Shown here one piece after another: positions 39,166 to 53,712 of a stretch of DNA of 64,000 nt (within the stretch, counting starts at the first letter, position 1; each line of letters starts with the position of its first letter). The position numbers and the translations under genes are program-made. This stretch comes from Mobula hypostoma (taxonomy: Eukaryota): the NCBI RefSeq assembly GCF_963921235.1, contig NC_086118.1, positions 23,624,001 to 23,688,000 on the forward strand. The letters run 5' to 3'. Below the pieces are notes generated by a model. That model ran no database searches and was not told the origin of the DNA. It was given only the letters and a program-made list of their open reading frames with translations.

Positions 39166-41624
39166 CTGTTTTCCTTCTTCTTCTACAAACTGCTCCAGTC
39201 TTATTATCTTCCTTGTGTGTTTTAGTCTTCCATTAATTTTGTATTTGTATCAACTTATGTCTTTACCCCATGTTAGTGAAATAGCCTTCAGTCATTTAAT
39301 CAGCTTAAACCTTCTACCCCCTTTTCATATCTTTAAAAATTCCTAATTTCAACCAGCTTTCAGATGCCTCTGCTAACACCTACAACATGGCTTTTTATAT
39401 ATTCATACGTAATCTTTCCCGTGTCTTGTATATAATGCACCTTGAGGTTATGAGCTCTCTGGTAATTGTGTTGTGAAGCAACTTTTATCATTTGGTAAAG
39501 ACAGCTGCTGCTTTGTGCACAGCAAGGTTTTCTAAGCAATGAATGGGCTGTTAACCTCTTTTGGTGAGTATGTCTGAGATGAGAACATTATAAAAAATGA
39601 TAAACACTGTTTAAGGACTTTGTGAGAAAATTAATAATTTTACAGAAAATATTTTCTTGTGAGTTTACATTGAAAATTTAGCAAGGATGGGAGCTGAACA
39701 AGGAGTAATAAGATGAATAAACATCTGGAATTGTTTTGTCTGCCTGCTTTAATTTCAGAATCCTTGACGTTGTTAATACATTGCTCAAGCAGAGAAAATG
39801 AGCAATTCTGTGCAGGTGGGCAGAAATAAAACATGAACGTAAATTCCCTTTGTTCTCAACTGTACATCCATATTCACTGGAATTTCTGTTGAGATTACTA
39901 TAACCTTCTCCCATGTTATGTTGTTATTAATTATTAGGACAAAGCCACAAAACTTAGACACACTCTTGAAGAAACATCTCTTTTAGCCTTTTGTAGATTG
40001 TACGTACTGTATTAGTTAACTGAGTAGAATAATCTAAATAACTAGGTAGAAAATAACAATTCTTTTAAAGTGAAAACTTAAGGCAAAACTTGGGAGGGCA
40101 ACATTGGAAAGACCTGGACAGTATGCACTGGGTCCAAAAGTTTTGATTACCACTCACTTTTAAAGACTTTTCATCTCATGTTCTTGATATTTATTGCAGA
40201 TTTATTATTATTGTTATTTTTTGTATCCGCATGGTCTGTTGTCTTTTGCACAGAGTGTTTATCCATCATATTGTTTCTTTGTATTTACTGTGAATGTCTG
40301 CAAGAAAATGAATCTCAGGGTTGGAAAAATTACAGTACATAGAGTATGTATAGATGAAGTTATTTTTTTACTGCAAGTTGATTTACTAGTCAGGGTTTGT
40401 GATTGCAATCTTGATAGACATAATGCAAATGAGCGCAATATTCGCAGACTTTTTTGCAGTGGAATGAGTTTTCAAAAAAGTGTAATTCCACGAGTTCGTG
40501 TGATCTCAATTGAATTCATATAGATAAGGTTTCATGGGTTTTCCTATTGAAGTCAACATGCGCAAAAATTCCAGTATTGCTCTCAAAATTTCATGAAGTA
40601 GAAGAGCAAACGCTAAAAGCACTAAAAATCAGACTTTACACAGTTCTGCATATCCTGGAGTTTAGAGTCTAGTTTTGTTTATAATACTAAAACAAGACTA
40701 AAAATCAATATGGTCATACAAATGTGTTATTAAAATTACAACACGAAACATTGTAAAAGCACCAATATTGCTATTTTTTTTTACATATATCTCATTTTTT
40801 TGCCTGAACCTTTCCTTCCTTCTCCAGCATTTATAGCCCATGTAATTGACATGCTATGCTGTATCAATACAGAACCTACCAACCAGAAAAGTCAGTCTTA
40901 TCCTAAAAGATTAGATAAAAACCCATAATTATTTCATGGAATTGCAAATGTGACATATGTAGAGATTATGTGGTCTCCTTTATGCTAGTTTTAAATGAAG
41001 AATGCATTGCCCATGTTAGCACGTTACCATCTGAACATCTCAAGGAAGATTGGAGGGTGGTGTTGCTCTAAATTCGGTAACAACTTTGAACTTGAATGTT
41101 GATGTCATAAAATATCATCATGAACATACCTGTGGTATAAACAATTCTAAATGTGCAAGGGTGTTAATCTTATAGGAGGTTAAGTCACACAAATGTTCTA
41201 GTTTGCGGTCACAAATTATAACAGCTCAAAGCTAATCACAGTCTGAGGCTCAATGTTTGTATCTACTGTATATATCATTTTCTTTACTTTTGTGTGTGTT
41301 CTACAAACATAATAATTGTTCATCAATTTATCATTTCCGCAAAAATTTGCTTAGCAAATAAGAGAGTGTTTTTATTCAATATCGGGTGCATTTTAATGAG
41401 CTACAGGAAGCTAAGTTTGCACTATGACTTGTCTTGTATCTCAGAATTTTGAAAACATGCATCTACTTTATATTGTGCAGGAAATATCTGTCTATCTGCG
41501 AACATTTAGCTCAGTAATTTTTCTGTTTTTATGATATCATTTGGTGAAATGGAATTTCCATGCAAACAATGAAACATTAAGCTATCCATTCACCAAACAG
41601 CATTTCTTAATCATGCGTTATTAA

Positions 41625-42600
41625 TAACCTCTTTCTCAATGTCAACAAGACAAAGGAGAAGGTTGTCGACTTCAAGAAAACCCGTACCGTTCATACCTTT
41701 CTTCACATCGGCAGCACAGCAGTGAGCAGTTTCACACTCCTGGCAGTCACAATCTCTCATGAATACAGAATACATCCTCCACAGTCAAGAAAGCTCACCA
41801 ACACCTCCTCACTCTGAGGAGGCTGAAGGAAGCTGGTCTTTGCACACCAATATCTCATAACCTTCTACAGATGTACAGTGGATAACATCCTAACATGGAA
41901 TCAAAGGTTATGGGGATAAGGCAGGAACTGGATACTGATAGTAGATGATCAGCCATGATCACAGTGAATGGCGGTGCTGGCTCGAAGGGCTGAATGGCCT
42001 ACTCCTGCACCTATTGTCTATTGTCAATAAAATGCTGTTAGGATGTTCTCCACTGTGTGGGACAAAAACTGCATTGCAGTGAACAGGAGAATTCAATAAC
42101 AGGTAGTTAATACTGCCAGACAAATCACTGGCCCCAGCCTACCCACCATCAAAGCTATTCACTATGTATAGAAACATGCCAGAAAAAGACCAGCAATATC
42201 ATGAAGGATCCTACCCACCCTGCTTATGGACTGTTTGTACAACTTGCAGCAGGGAAGAGGCTACCCAACATCCATGCTAGGACCACCAGACTGAAAAACT
42301 GTTACTACCCTGAAGCCGTCAGACAGATCTGCATCTCCACACATTAACCCACCACTACATACACTTCACCTAGCGTCACCTTATGTACATACAGTCAGTC
42401 CATGTATATAACTGTTACTAGTATATTGTGTTTTATTGGATTGCTTTTATATTTATATTTGCTGTTTTTTTTGTTTTTTGATTGTGTTATTTATGCTTAT
42501 TGTGTTTTCAATGCTGCATCAGATCCCAAGGAACAATCACTTTGTTCTCCTTTACACTTGTATACTGAAGAATGACAATAAACAATTTTGTATCTTAAGA
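41625..42600 (+). mobile_element. Old Rex1/Babar 3' fragment with a CR1 3' tip inserted (~41897-42025)
   Basis: LNVNKTKEKVVDFKK-coding start; CR1 tail GGCTCGAAGGGCTGAATGGCCTACTCCTGCACCTATTGTCTATTGTC. Confidence 0.7.
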
Positions 42601-43599
42601 ATATCTCTACTAAACCTTGGCTTATAATTTGTAAATGGAAAATTTACTTTGACTGTGCTTCCCTCCTTGCCATAAATTAAGATAATTTTTAATTTTTATG
42701 TATCATACGGCTGCATACATTTTCTGTCCTTTCTCCTGGAGAAAAATGAACTGCCACACTAAATTAAAGATAAAAAAAATTAATTATTCCAATGTACAAG
42801 GTGTTGCATATCACAATGTCATTGTTTAAATCTACAATAAACTTAAATAACTATTTTAAAGCAGCATTTTTGACAGTTGAAATGATAAGCCATGGTTCAA
42901 GTGAATGTTCCAATCATCAGAGCTGGGGTGGTACTGCTAGAAAGAAAAAGGCTGATCAAGATGGGTGATACTAGTAATGGCTGCATATCTGGCCTCCACC
43001 TGCCCCTTCTTTCTGGGAAACTACACAGTTTATACTGATCTTCTCGGGCAAAGGGTAAAATTACATAATTAGAGCCATATTTCTTTAACGCTAACTTAGT
43101 AACATCAACGCATTTTGAACGACAGGTTTTTATTAAATGTGTGGAAATTAGTCCATGAAATCTGATAAAGTGCTATCATTGAGAAGTAGTAATGGAAAAT
43201 AGCTGTTCTAATATTCATTCATTTAGTTTAAGTAATTATTCAAATTTAATAACTCCTCTTGTAATCATTTTGACATGAATTTAATATATATTAAATTCAA
43301 GTAACTTGGCACTTTCGTGCAAGAAGTGTGAATACAATTGAAATTGAGAGTCTATGGGAAGCAGGATGAACAGACATCCTCGGTCAGAGTGAAATTTAGT
43401 GATGTCTTCAGTGTCTTAGGACCTGTAATTTCAGAGACTGTTGTATGAATACTTCTGAGCAACGTTCTAGCTTGAAAACACCTTTTATCAATCACTTTTG
43501 TGGTATTGCAAGGTCAGAAATGGGCATGTTGATTTATGATTGCATTGCATTCAGCTGCATTTACAATTCCTCAGATAATGATTGAAGTTTGTGTATGTA

Positions 43600-45280
43600 C
43601 TTATCCAGGACAAATACGCAGGCAGGAAAAATCATTACGGACACTACCCACCCAGCAAGCTGTCTTTTCCAAACTTTCCCTCTGGAAAACACCATAGATC
43701 TATTAAAACAAAAACTGCATGCTATCTTTAATTTTTTTTCCCCAGAATAAAATATTATTGTCATTTATCAACACAACGAGTTTGCGGTGCTACTTCAGTC
43801 CATGTAAAACAGATATTTACAAGGTGTGAAATACAGCTTAATTTAAAAAGAAATCCCATATTTACACACAAATATGGGAGGGGAGAAGAAGATGGCAGTG
43901 CAACGCAGCGCGTGGCCACTCCGAATGATGTCGTATTTGTGAAGTAGGATGCAGTGCACAATCCTGATTTGATGGAGACAGACGTGAAGAAGCACGAAGG
44001 AACATCTAGAGAAACTTCTGAAATGCCTGCTTCGCTGCCACTGCTACTGTGCGATCCAGAATCTCCGGAGGGGAAGGCCCCAAATCCTTGGCTTTGCCTA
44101 CTGCCTGTTGCTGGGGACGGGGTCGAAGCGCTCGGCAGAGATGGTGCTCAGTGCTCGGTGTCGGAGGGCTGGTCGGAGGCTCGAAGTTTTCGGACGGACT
44201 CAGAGTCGGACTGTGGTCGGGGTGCTTCCAGGATGCTGCATCGGCAAGTTTGCGGTGCTGGAAGCTCATGGAAGGGAGTTTCTTTCTTCAACCGTCTGCG
44301 TGAGATGATGGGACTTTTGAGAGACTTTGAGACTTTTTTTTATGTGCCCATGGTCTGTTCTTCATCAAATTACGGTATTGTTTTGCACTGTTGTAACTAT
44401 ATGTTATAATTATGTGTTTTTTGTCAGTTTTTTTAGTCTTGGTTTGTCTTGTGTTTCTGTGATATCATTCTGGAGGTACAAATTGTATCATTTCTTAATG
44501 CATGCATTACTAAATGACAATAAAAGAGGACTGTGTGTCCTCATAATCTAATCTAATCTAATCTAAACAAGTGACTATGATAGTCCACTACACTCAAAGG
44601 CCATTGGCATGTCGGGGTATAGTATTAATCAGCTGCACAACAGCCTTTGGAAGAAGCTGTTTTTCAGTCTTACTGTCTTGGCTAAGATGCTTCTGCATCT
44701 CCTACCAGATAGCAGGAGATTGAACAGACAGTGCCCAGAATAGGAAGGGTCTTTGATGATTTTACAAGCATCCTGAAGGCATCAAAAGTTGTAGATTTTC
44801 TCCAGGTCTGGTAGTTGAGTTCCCATGATGTTCTAAGCCATCACTGTCATTCTGTATGTCTATTTGCTCCCTATTGCACATTGATAAAATCTGGCCAGCA
44901 ACTTTTGGGGCAGATTAGCTCTTCTTAAGCACCACCGGTAGAATAGTCACTGTTCTGCCTTCCCTACTGCCGAGGTTGTGATTAACCCCAGGCAATTAAT
45001 CTGATCAACCATTCTAATTAGCACCCCACCTCTCTCTATCTATTACCGCAGTCGTTGCACTGCAAACACTTTAAACCACTCTTTACATTGTAACTACATA
45101 ATGGTGTTTATGTATTCATGAACATACTATTCCATATCTGTACTTTAACTTCCAAGTTTTTATTTTTATATAATTCTTCATTCTTATAATTGTTGAATGT
45201 TTTTTTGGTTGCACATCACTACAACACCTCACATGTAAATATACTGTATTTTGTGAATGACATTGATCCTTGATTCTTGA
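43600..45280. mobile_element. Nested cluster: plus-strand Rex-like 3' end interrupted by a minus-strand Rex-like fragment (43746-44985)
   Basis: DTTHPASCLFQ..IKTKT continues as PQAINLIN after 44986; CCCCAG repeated at both junctions. Confidence 0.6.
43876..44566 (+). mobile_element. Non-coding GC-rich retroposon with (AATCT)n tail
   Basis: Starts GGAGAAGAAGATGGC; AATAAA then (AATCT)4; second copy at 54.8 kb. Confidence 0.75.
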
Positions 45281-45489
45281 TAAAGTCACCACTGGGCCAA
45301 AATAGTGGCATGTTATCTAACAACACCACAGAACAGCACAAGGCACAGATCACAACAATCGAAGATGACAACTCAGAACTCTTCAAGGGAATTAGATATC
45401 GGAAATTAGTAACATGTTCTAGTTTCTGGTCACATTTTTTTGTTGCTAGTTTGGGTGAAATTGAATCGGGGCAGCCTGCAAATAATCAA

Positions 45490-45720
45490 CACTGAACTGA
45501 ACTGAAATATGCCTTTTGATTTTGTGTTTTATATCCTGTGTTTTCGTTTGTTTTTTTTTTGTTCAATTTGTTTTGTTCGTGTAGTGAGGGGGGCTTTGAT
45601 CTTTTTCTTTGAATGGGTTCCATGGTTCTTTGTTTCATATCTGTCTATGAAGAAGACAAATCTCAGAATTGTATACTGCATACATACTTTGATAATAAAT
45701 GTATTTTGAACTTTGAATCT
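45490..45720 (+). mobile_element. Short retroposon, TTTGA-tail family
   Basis: Similar to 34455-34680 and 49585-49748. Confidence 0.65.
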
Positions 45721-48689
45721 TTTCACTGACACCCACATCTTTTGAAAGAGAACATTAAATAAAACATCTTAACTCCCCTAAATCTCCGTGACCCATTGTC
45801 ATGAATTGTATAGTGGGAGCTGTTCACCATACTAGTTGACTGATTGATCTAATATAGCATTGACCAAGAAAGGAATCAATAAACCAGCAGCTCCAGTTAA
45901 ATTAGTACAATTCATCCAAAAATTCTTACAGCATGAAGTAAACAAATGAGTCACTACTGTAGCAAAAATCCTCTCAAAGCATTGTTTAATCAAGCGGATT
46001 GTGCTAAGATTTATAATAGGGAGATTACAAAGTTCTTTGGAACCTCACATACAAATTCAAAAGAATTTACCGAATTCTGTAACTGATGTTACCAGCTTGA
46101 ATATTCTTTCACAGCTTTGACTTAAATGTTCAATTACTTGACAATGTGAACTTATTCATTTTAATATATAATCTATCGTCAAGCCAAGTACCTCATGACT
46201 ACACCTTAACCCTCATGGTTTGGGTTGGCGGATTACATTATCATTCCTAGCCTTGACTTTGAAACCACAAATACAGTTCACAAATTACACATTGTCCAGA
46301 CGCATTGTTGTTACATTGAAAAATGGGCCTGTGATTAGAATAACTGGACCATAACAGTATGTTGAAAGTTTCAATATAAAAAATTCCAAATTCTTTCTGC
46401 ATTGTTGTTGCAGCATTGTTGGCCAGAAGCCAGGTCCCAAGTCAAGTATGGCATAGTTATACCTTTTCAACTTGCAGTTTGAATGTGATTAAGCTCATAG
46501 TTCTGATGCTCCATTAAAATGATAAAATGGTTTTGACTGAAAAAAAATTAGAAAAAGAAGAACTTTTTCAACCATGTTGCTTAGGAAGGCTAAGGAAGCG
46601 CTCTTAAATTTACCTTTTGTCATCATCAGGTGATTTTTTTTCATTCTTCTGTCACAATGTTGTTTAAAATTGCCTTATGCATGCTCATAATGCAGGCCAA
46701 AGAAAAACAAGAAAAAATGGATTATGAAGGATAAAGCCACACCCAAGGATAATATAATTAGAAGGTACCTTACAAACCACGCTACATTTTATCAGGAAAA
46801 AGTAGGTCAATAGAAACCAATGACTAGGAATATCAGCAGTGAATGAGAATGGGGCTACAATGGGGTACAAGTAACCATTGGTTGTTGGCTTTCTGGTAAA
46901 AATGCCCATAACCGAAGATGGGCTCAAGACTTTCAGTGTGTTTGATTGGCAGTTGGGAGTGAGACGCTCATAAATCAGGACGGGATTATGATGGGAATTC
47001 CACCTTCATCACATCCAGGTTATGAGGACGGCTAGGCTCAGGAGTGGGGAAGACAAGGCCAATAGCACAGATTGGGGGATTGGGCAACTGAAAAGTGAGA
47101 GGGCCTCTGGTGGCATTTAGGGGTAGGTATTAGGACAATGGGTATTGTACTGCCTTTTAAAGGACCTTATGGATAAAGAATATCATAACACTGCACCTGC
47201 CGATTCCTTCTAAAATACATTGCCACTTGTTGACATCCACATCAGATAATCTGAGATTTGATGCTTTTCTCTTTAATCAGAGAACTTTACTGTTCAAACA
47301 AGTCACTTGAATTTTCCAGCGTTACTATTGCTATCCTGTATACCAAGTCTCCACCTATCTTCAAACAATCTTTTCTCACAACTAGAATGTAGAATGCTTT
47401 TATGCTGCAGGAAGAAATGTAATATTCTACACCAGAAAACCAATTCCATCTGGTCTATCTTTTACAGTCTTGCAATAAATATACCACTCCTCGTTCACTA
47501 TCTTCATGGGTAATCTAGTACAGACTCCCAGTTGTTTGCCCTCCCTTTTTAATTTGCTACACACATTTCATTCTGCATTGTAGGCTGTAGCTCTTTACCT
47601 CCTTTCCTCAACCTTTGCTCATTTTTCCCCTATGTGTAAGCTTCCAATGCTCTGTTTAACAGGTATTTACTACCAAGTCTTTTCTGCAGTTCACTTTCCG
47701 ACAACATTTAGTCAATCACTGTCATGATGCAAGTACCTCCCACTGTTTGTTTAAGCCTTTCTTTTTCTCACCGCATCCTAAACTTTACAGGTTTACCCAG
47801 TTTCTGGGCCTCTCAATATGACAAGCATCTGTAGTGACTATTTTCTGACCATATCGATGTATTTAAACAAGTAGAATCCCAACCCTGACTTAATTACAAC
47901 ATATTTTAAGGAATTTAAGATCTACACACCATGCGGCTGCATATTGATCTGTTAAATATCACAGTCTGGGCAGTTGAGAACTCCACCTGTATCTCTTGAG
48001 GTGCTTCCAGGTTCTCCCCATTCCTATCCAATGCACAACAAGTTAGTAAAGCAATTCTAGGTTCTTAGAAGACCATCTGGAATAGACCCAGCTGGAGAAA
48101 TTTTCTTTACATTTGGCCAAGCCTTTTGAAACAAACTTTATTTGTAATCTCAGAATAAATGGTTCTTTGAGAATGAGTGATCTATTTGTCACCTGCAGTG
48201 TTGCCATGCATCCCGTGCCAATTTACTAATACCAATGTCTTTGGAGTACCCTCCCTTGTGCTTATGAGAGTAATGTACAACTTATTACAGGCTGCAAAGG
48301 TAATTGAACCCTGCTAGCTGATTGCTGGCACTGCAAATCATTATGCTAACCACTATGTCTCTGTGCTGCCCTTAGAATCAGAATACAATAGAATTTCTCT
48401 CTTCATTTGAAAGCAACAAACTTAAATCTGACTAAAATCTTAAACGTAAGTCAAGACCACCACATGTGCAATAGGGTGAGTAGTACAAACAAGGATTAGA
48501 ATATTTGAATAAGATATATCATATGAGATAAGCAACATGAGAAGGTTAAAGGAGTATTTCACGATTCCACAGATATGCATTAGGTTGGGAAAAAAAGACT
48601 GAAAGGGAGTGTCAATGGATTTATATATTAATGAAGTCAGATAATTGTGACCTGAGTGATTATTATTCATAACTAACTAAAGAGATTAA

Positions 48690-48796
48690 GAGGAAATCTG
48701 CAGATGCGGGAAATCCACGCAACATGTACAAAAGGCTGCAGGAACTCAGCAGGCTAGGCAGCATCTGAGTTCCTCCAACATTTTGTGTGTGTTGCT
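48690..48796. mobile_element. Penelope micro-hairpin
   Basis: Two inverted 3' tips; near-TSD TAAAGAGATTAAGA / TTAAGAGGTTAAGA. Confidence 0.7.
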
Positions 48797-49099
48797 TTAA
48801 GAGGTTAAGAATTGTATTAAACTGAAAACAAAGATTTATAAAGTTGCAAATGAAAGTGTTAGGGCTGAGTACTAGGTAAATACTAGGAATCAGCAAAGGA
48901 TGACAAAAATATTGGGAAGGAGAGGGAAAATAGAATACGACTAAATTTAATAAAAGTATAAAGCAGACGTTGTAGGAGCTTACATGAGCATGGAAAAACT
49001 TCGTTAGTTAGAGACTGAGAGCAGAGAGTTAAAGGGGAGCAAAGAAAAGGCAGGAAACAAATTCTTTTGTCAATCTGCACAGCAGAAGTCACTAAAGCA

Positions 49100-50360
49100 G
49101 AAGGTAACAAAGGTTATTTACAGAAAAAAATATAAGACAAACCAAAGGTACCTAAGGCCTTTAAATTTCCTGCACCTGATGTTCAGCATCCTTCATTTTT
49201 AAAAGAACACGTAAAAAAACATTGGTTGGGATCTTCCAAAATTCCTTAGTTTCTGGAAATTCCCTACACTATTTAAAGAAAATGTAATACCACAGTTCAA
49301 AAAAAAACGAGGCATAGAATAAACAACTGACTGCAGACCACTTAACCTAACATCAGCTGCCAAGAAAACATAAGAATCTATAATTAAAGACATCATAGCA
49401 GAGCACTTAGAAGAGAACAGCATGATTATTCAGTATCAATATTATTTTATGAAAATAAAATCAGGTCCAAAAATATGTTAGAGTTCACTGTGAATATAAC
49501 CAGGAGGCTAAGTATAGAAGAATCGATTGATGTGATGTGATTAGATTTTTAAAAAGGTAGTTGATTATGTGAATCAAATACCCTTGCTCAATTTGGTAGT
49601 TTTTTACACATGGGGAGGGGGGAGTTTGATGTTTTTCTTTGAACTGGTTCCATGGTTTTCTTTGTTTTGTGAATGTCTTTGGGAAGCCGAATCTTAAGCT
49701 TATATACTGCATACATAGATTGATAATAAATGCATTTTGAGTGTTTGAACAAAAGTTACTGCACAAGACAAGGGCTTATAGGATTGATGGCAACATATTA
49801 GCATGCATAGAGATTGGTAAAAAGAAACCAAGAACAAATGGGGCATTTTCAGGTTGGCAATTTTTAACTAGTAGAATATCTCTCAGAACAGTCCTGGGGC
49901 CTCATCTTTTTATAATTTGTATTAAAAGGCTTTATATGTAATATAATACCAAGATGATTAGGAAAATCAGTTTGTACTTTACAAGAGTTGGCAGATTAAT
50001 GTAATGAGGGGAATTGTGAGTATTTGCAGTGTTAGTAAATGGTGTGACGCCATTTGGTGTTTGTATCATAAGACCATAGGAGTTAGGAGCAGCAACTAGA
50101 CTTTCAGAAGGCAGAAGGAGATAGGTACCATGAAGATGTTTATCCTGGTGGAAAGACTAGAATATGTGAGCAATATTTTGGAATAAACAGTCTGTGAATC
50201 ATTGAAACTCTCGACTCCATAGAGGTATGTAGGTTGATTCAACAAATATATTCATGGACTAGACAAATGGATGTTTGAACTAGAGAGGATCCAGGGTTTG
50301 CGGATATTGGACAGGAAACTGGAAATGAGGCCAGAAATTACATCAACCTTGGTTTTAGAA
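49100..50360 (+). mobile_element. Very old CR1 ORF2 remnant with a short retroposon insert (49585-49748)
   Basis: Degenerate CRPLNLTS and VLGPHLFII motifs. Confidence 0.65.
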
Positions 50361-51068
50361 GCAGGGGTAAATCAAATTGTTCTATCATTCAAAAGAATCT
50401 TTCCTGCATTCCGATGTTCTCTTCCATAATATTGACCAAATTTGGTTTGGTCACTTGGTCTGCCTGAAGAAGGCTCCAGTATGCTCCTCTAACCTGATAA
50501 TTCTACCAGCATTGCCAGAATATGGAAATGCATCTGCTCCACTGACAGGAAAGAAGATGATATATATTCTACCAATAACCCAATAAATACAATATCAATT
50601 CAATACACATCCACTTATCCCTGTAGATATTGATATAACTGGGAGATAGAAATTGTTATGATGGTTTAGATCATGACCTCAGTTTTGTCCCAACCTGAAC
50701 TTTCTTCTACCTTTTGGGTAAAATGAGTTCGAACAATATCATACTGAGATCAGGGGTTGTGCTCTGCAGAACAGATGATCTGTTGGAAGAGCTCATTGGG
50801 TCAAGCATCATCTGTGAGAGGAAATGAATTGTTGATATTTCATCTAGAAACCACACATTGTGGTGGTAACAGGACGCTACATTGAGACTAAGAAACACGC
50901 AGACAAAATTTTACTCTACACCTGAATGTGATAAACATGATTTGAGAATGTTTATTGGTGAAATCAGAAAGTAGTTCGTTTCCCCAGTACCAACGTGCCA
51001 CAACATTCTTTGTGAGCCCAACAATTAGCTATAGACTTTGTAACGTGAAACCATAGAAACCATAGAAA

Positions 51069-52889
51069 CTACAGCACAGAAACAGGCCCTTTGGCCCTTC
51101 TTGGCTGTGCCGAACCATTTTCTGCCGAGACCCACTGACCTGCACACGGACCATATCCCTCCATACACCTCACATCCATGTATCTGTCCAATTTATTCTT
51201 AAATGTTAAAAAAGAACCCGCATTTACCACCTTGTCTGGCAGCTCATTCCATACTCCCACCACTCTCTGTGTGAAGAAGCCCCCTTTAATGTTCCCTTTA
51301 AACTTTTCCCCCCTCACCCTAAACCCATGTCCTCTGGTTTTTTTCTCCCCTTGCCTCAGTGGAAAAAGCCTGCTTGCATTCACTCTATCTATACCCATCA
51401 TAATTTTATATACCTCTATCAAATCTCCCCTCATTCTTCTACGCTCCAGGGAATGAAGTCCCAAGCTATTCAACCTTTCTCTGTAACTGAGTTTCTTAAG
51501 TCCCAGCAACATCCTTGTAAACCTTCTTTGCACTCTTTCAACCTTATTTATATCCTTCCTGTAATTTGCCGACCAAAATTGAACACAATACTCCAGATTC
51601 GGCCTCACCAATGCCTTATACAACCTCATCATAACATTCCAGCTCTTATACTCAATACTTTGATTAATAAAGGCCAATGTACCAAAAGCTCTCTTTACGA
51701 CCTTATCTACCTGTGACGCCACTTTTAGGGAATTTTGTATCTGTATTCCCTGATCCCTCTGTTCCACTACACTCCTCAGTGCCTTACCATTAACCCTGTA
51801 TGTTCTACGTTGGTTTGTCCTTCCAATGTGCAATACCTCACACTTGTCAGTATTAAACTCCATCTGCCATTTTTTAGCCCATTTTTCCAGCTGGTCCAAG
51901 TCCCTCTGCAGGCTCTGAAAACCTTCCTCACTGTCTACTACACCTCCAATCTTTGTATCATCAGCAAACTTGCTGATCCAATTTACCACATTATCATCCA
52001 GATCATTGATATAGATGACAAATAACAATGGACCCAGCACTGATCCCTGTGGCACACCACTAGTCACAGGTCTCCACTCAGAGAAGCAATTTTCTACCAC
52101 CCCTCTCTGGCTTCTTCCATCGAGCCAATGTCTAATCCAATTTACCACCTCTCCATGTATACCTAGCGACTGAATTTTCCTAACTAACCTCCCATGTGGG
52201 ACCTTGTCAAAGGCCTTACTGAAGTCCATGTAGACAATATCCACTGCCTTCTCTTCATCCACTTTCCTGGTAACCTCCTCGAAAAACTCCAATAGATTGG
52301 TCAAACATGACCTACCACGCACAAAGCCATGTTGACTCTCCCTAATAAGTCCCAGTCTATCCAAATGCTTGTAGATTCTGTCTCTTAGTACTCCCTCCAA
52401 TAACTTACCTACTACCGACGTTAAACTTACTGGCCTATAATTTCCCGGATTACTTTTCGATCCTTTTTTAAACAACGGAACAACATGAGCCACTCTCCAA
52501 TCCTCCGGCACCTCACCTGTAGACAGCGACATTTTAAATATTTCAGCCAGGGCCCCTGCAATTTCAACACTAGTCTCCTTCAAGGTCCGAGGGAACACCC
52601 TGTCAGGTCCTGGGGATTTATCCACTTTAATTTTCCTCAAGACAGCAAGGACCTCCTCCTTTTCGATCTGTACAGTTTCCATGATCTCACTACTTGTTTC
52701 CCTTAATTCCATAGACTTCATGCCAGTTTCCTTAGTAAACACAGATGCAAAAAACCTATTTAAGATCTTCTCCATTTCCTTTGGTTCCGCACATAGCCGA
52801 CCACTCTGATCTTCAAGAGGACCAATTTTATCCCTTACAATCCTTTTGCTCTTAATATACCTGTAAAAGCTCTTTGGATTATCCTTCAC
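51069..52889 (-). CDS. CR1 ORF2 reverse transcriptase region, open for 606 aa
   Basis: KSPGPD, NYRPVSLTS, DFSKAFDKV, GVPQGSVLGP, FADD. Confidence 0.93.
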   Translation of the reverse strand: MKDNPKSFYRYIKSKRIVRDKIGPLEDQSGRLCAEPKEMEKILNRFFASVFTKETGMKSMELRETSSEIMETVQIEKEEVLAVLRKIKVDKSPGPDRVFPRTLKETSVEIAGALAEIFKMSLSTGEVPEDWRVAHVVPLFKKGSKSNPGNYRPVSLTSVVGKLLEGVLRDRIYKHLDRLGLIRESQHGFVRGRSCLTNLLEFFEEVTRKVDEEKAVDIVYMDFSKAFDKVPHGRLVRKIQSLGIHGEVVNWIRHWLDGRSQRGVVENCFSEWRPVTSGVPQGSVLGPLLFVIYINDLDDNVVNWISKFADDTKIGGVVDSEEGFQSLQRDLDQLEKWAKKWQMEFNTDKCEVLHIGRTNQRRTYRVNGKALRSVVEQRDQGIQIQNSLKVASQVDKVVKRAFGTLAFINQSIEYKSWNVMMRLYKALVRPNLEYCVQFWSANYRKDINKVERVQRRFTRMLLGLKKLSYRERLNSLGLHSLERRRMRGDLIEVYKIMMGIDRVNASRLFPLRQGEKKTRGHGFRVRGEKFKGNIKGGFFTQRVVGVWNELPDKVVNAGSFLTFKNKLDRYMDVRCMEGYGPCAGQWVSAENGSAQPRRAKGPVSVL

Positions 52890-52952
52890 TTTGACTGCCA
52901 GGGCAACCTCATGTCTTCTTTTAGCCCTCCTGATTTCTTTCTTAAGTATTTT

Positions 52953-53712
52953 CTAGCACTTCTTATACTCCTCAAACACCTTATTTACTCCCTGCTTCCT
53001 ATACACGTCATACAACTCCCTCTTCTTCTTTATCAGAGTTGCAATATCCCTTGAGAACCAAGGTTCCTTATTCCTATTCACCTTGCCTTTAATCCTGACA
53101 GGAACATACAAATTCTGCACTCTCAAAATTTCTGTTTTGATCACATCCTTGCCAGAGAACAACCTGTCCCAATCCACGCTTTTTAGATCCTTTCTCATTT
53201 CTTCAAATTTGGCCTTCTTCCAGTTAAGAACCTCAACCCTAGGACCAGATCTATCCTTGTCCATGATCAAGTTGAAACTAATGGTGTTATGATCACTGGA
53301 ACCAAAGTGCTCCCCTACACAGACTTCTGTCACTTGTCCTAACTCGTTTCCTAACAGGAAATCCAATATTGCATCCCCTCTAGTTGGTCCCTCTATATAT
53401 TGATTTAGAAAACTTTCCTGAACACATTTTACAAACTCTAAACCATCTAGACCCCTAACAGTATGGGAGACCCAATCAATATATGGAAAATTAAAATCCC
53501 CTACCACCACAACTTTATGTTTCCTGCAGTTGCCTGCTATCTCTCTGCAGATTTGCCTTCCAATTCTCTTTGACTATTGGGTGGTCTGTAATACAATCCC
53601 ACTAATGTGGCCATACCTTTCCTGTTTCTCAGCTCCACCCACAAGGACTCAGTAGACAAGCCCTCTAATCTGTCCTGCCTGAGCACTGCTGTAATATTTT
53701 CCCTAACAAGCA
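52953..53712 (-). pseudogene. CR1 ORF2 apurinic endonuclease part (in-frame stop at 52953-52955, frameshift near 53555)
   Basis: YYRPPN, GDFNFP, SDHN motifs. Confidence 0.9.

Larger units (their letters stand above)
51047..53712 (-). mobile_element. Young 5'-truncated CR1 LINE
   Basis: Endonuclease C-half plus RT; 9-bp (GAAACCATA) tail repeats at the 3' end. Confidence 0.96.

Noticed and set aside
43954..44409. 151-aa ORF in the GC-rich retroposon
   Set aside because: No domain motif, and the frame is not preserved in the second copy
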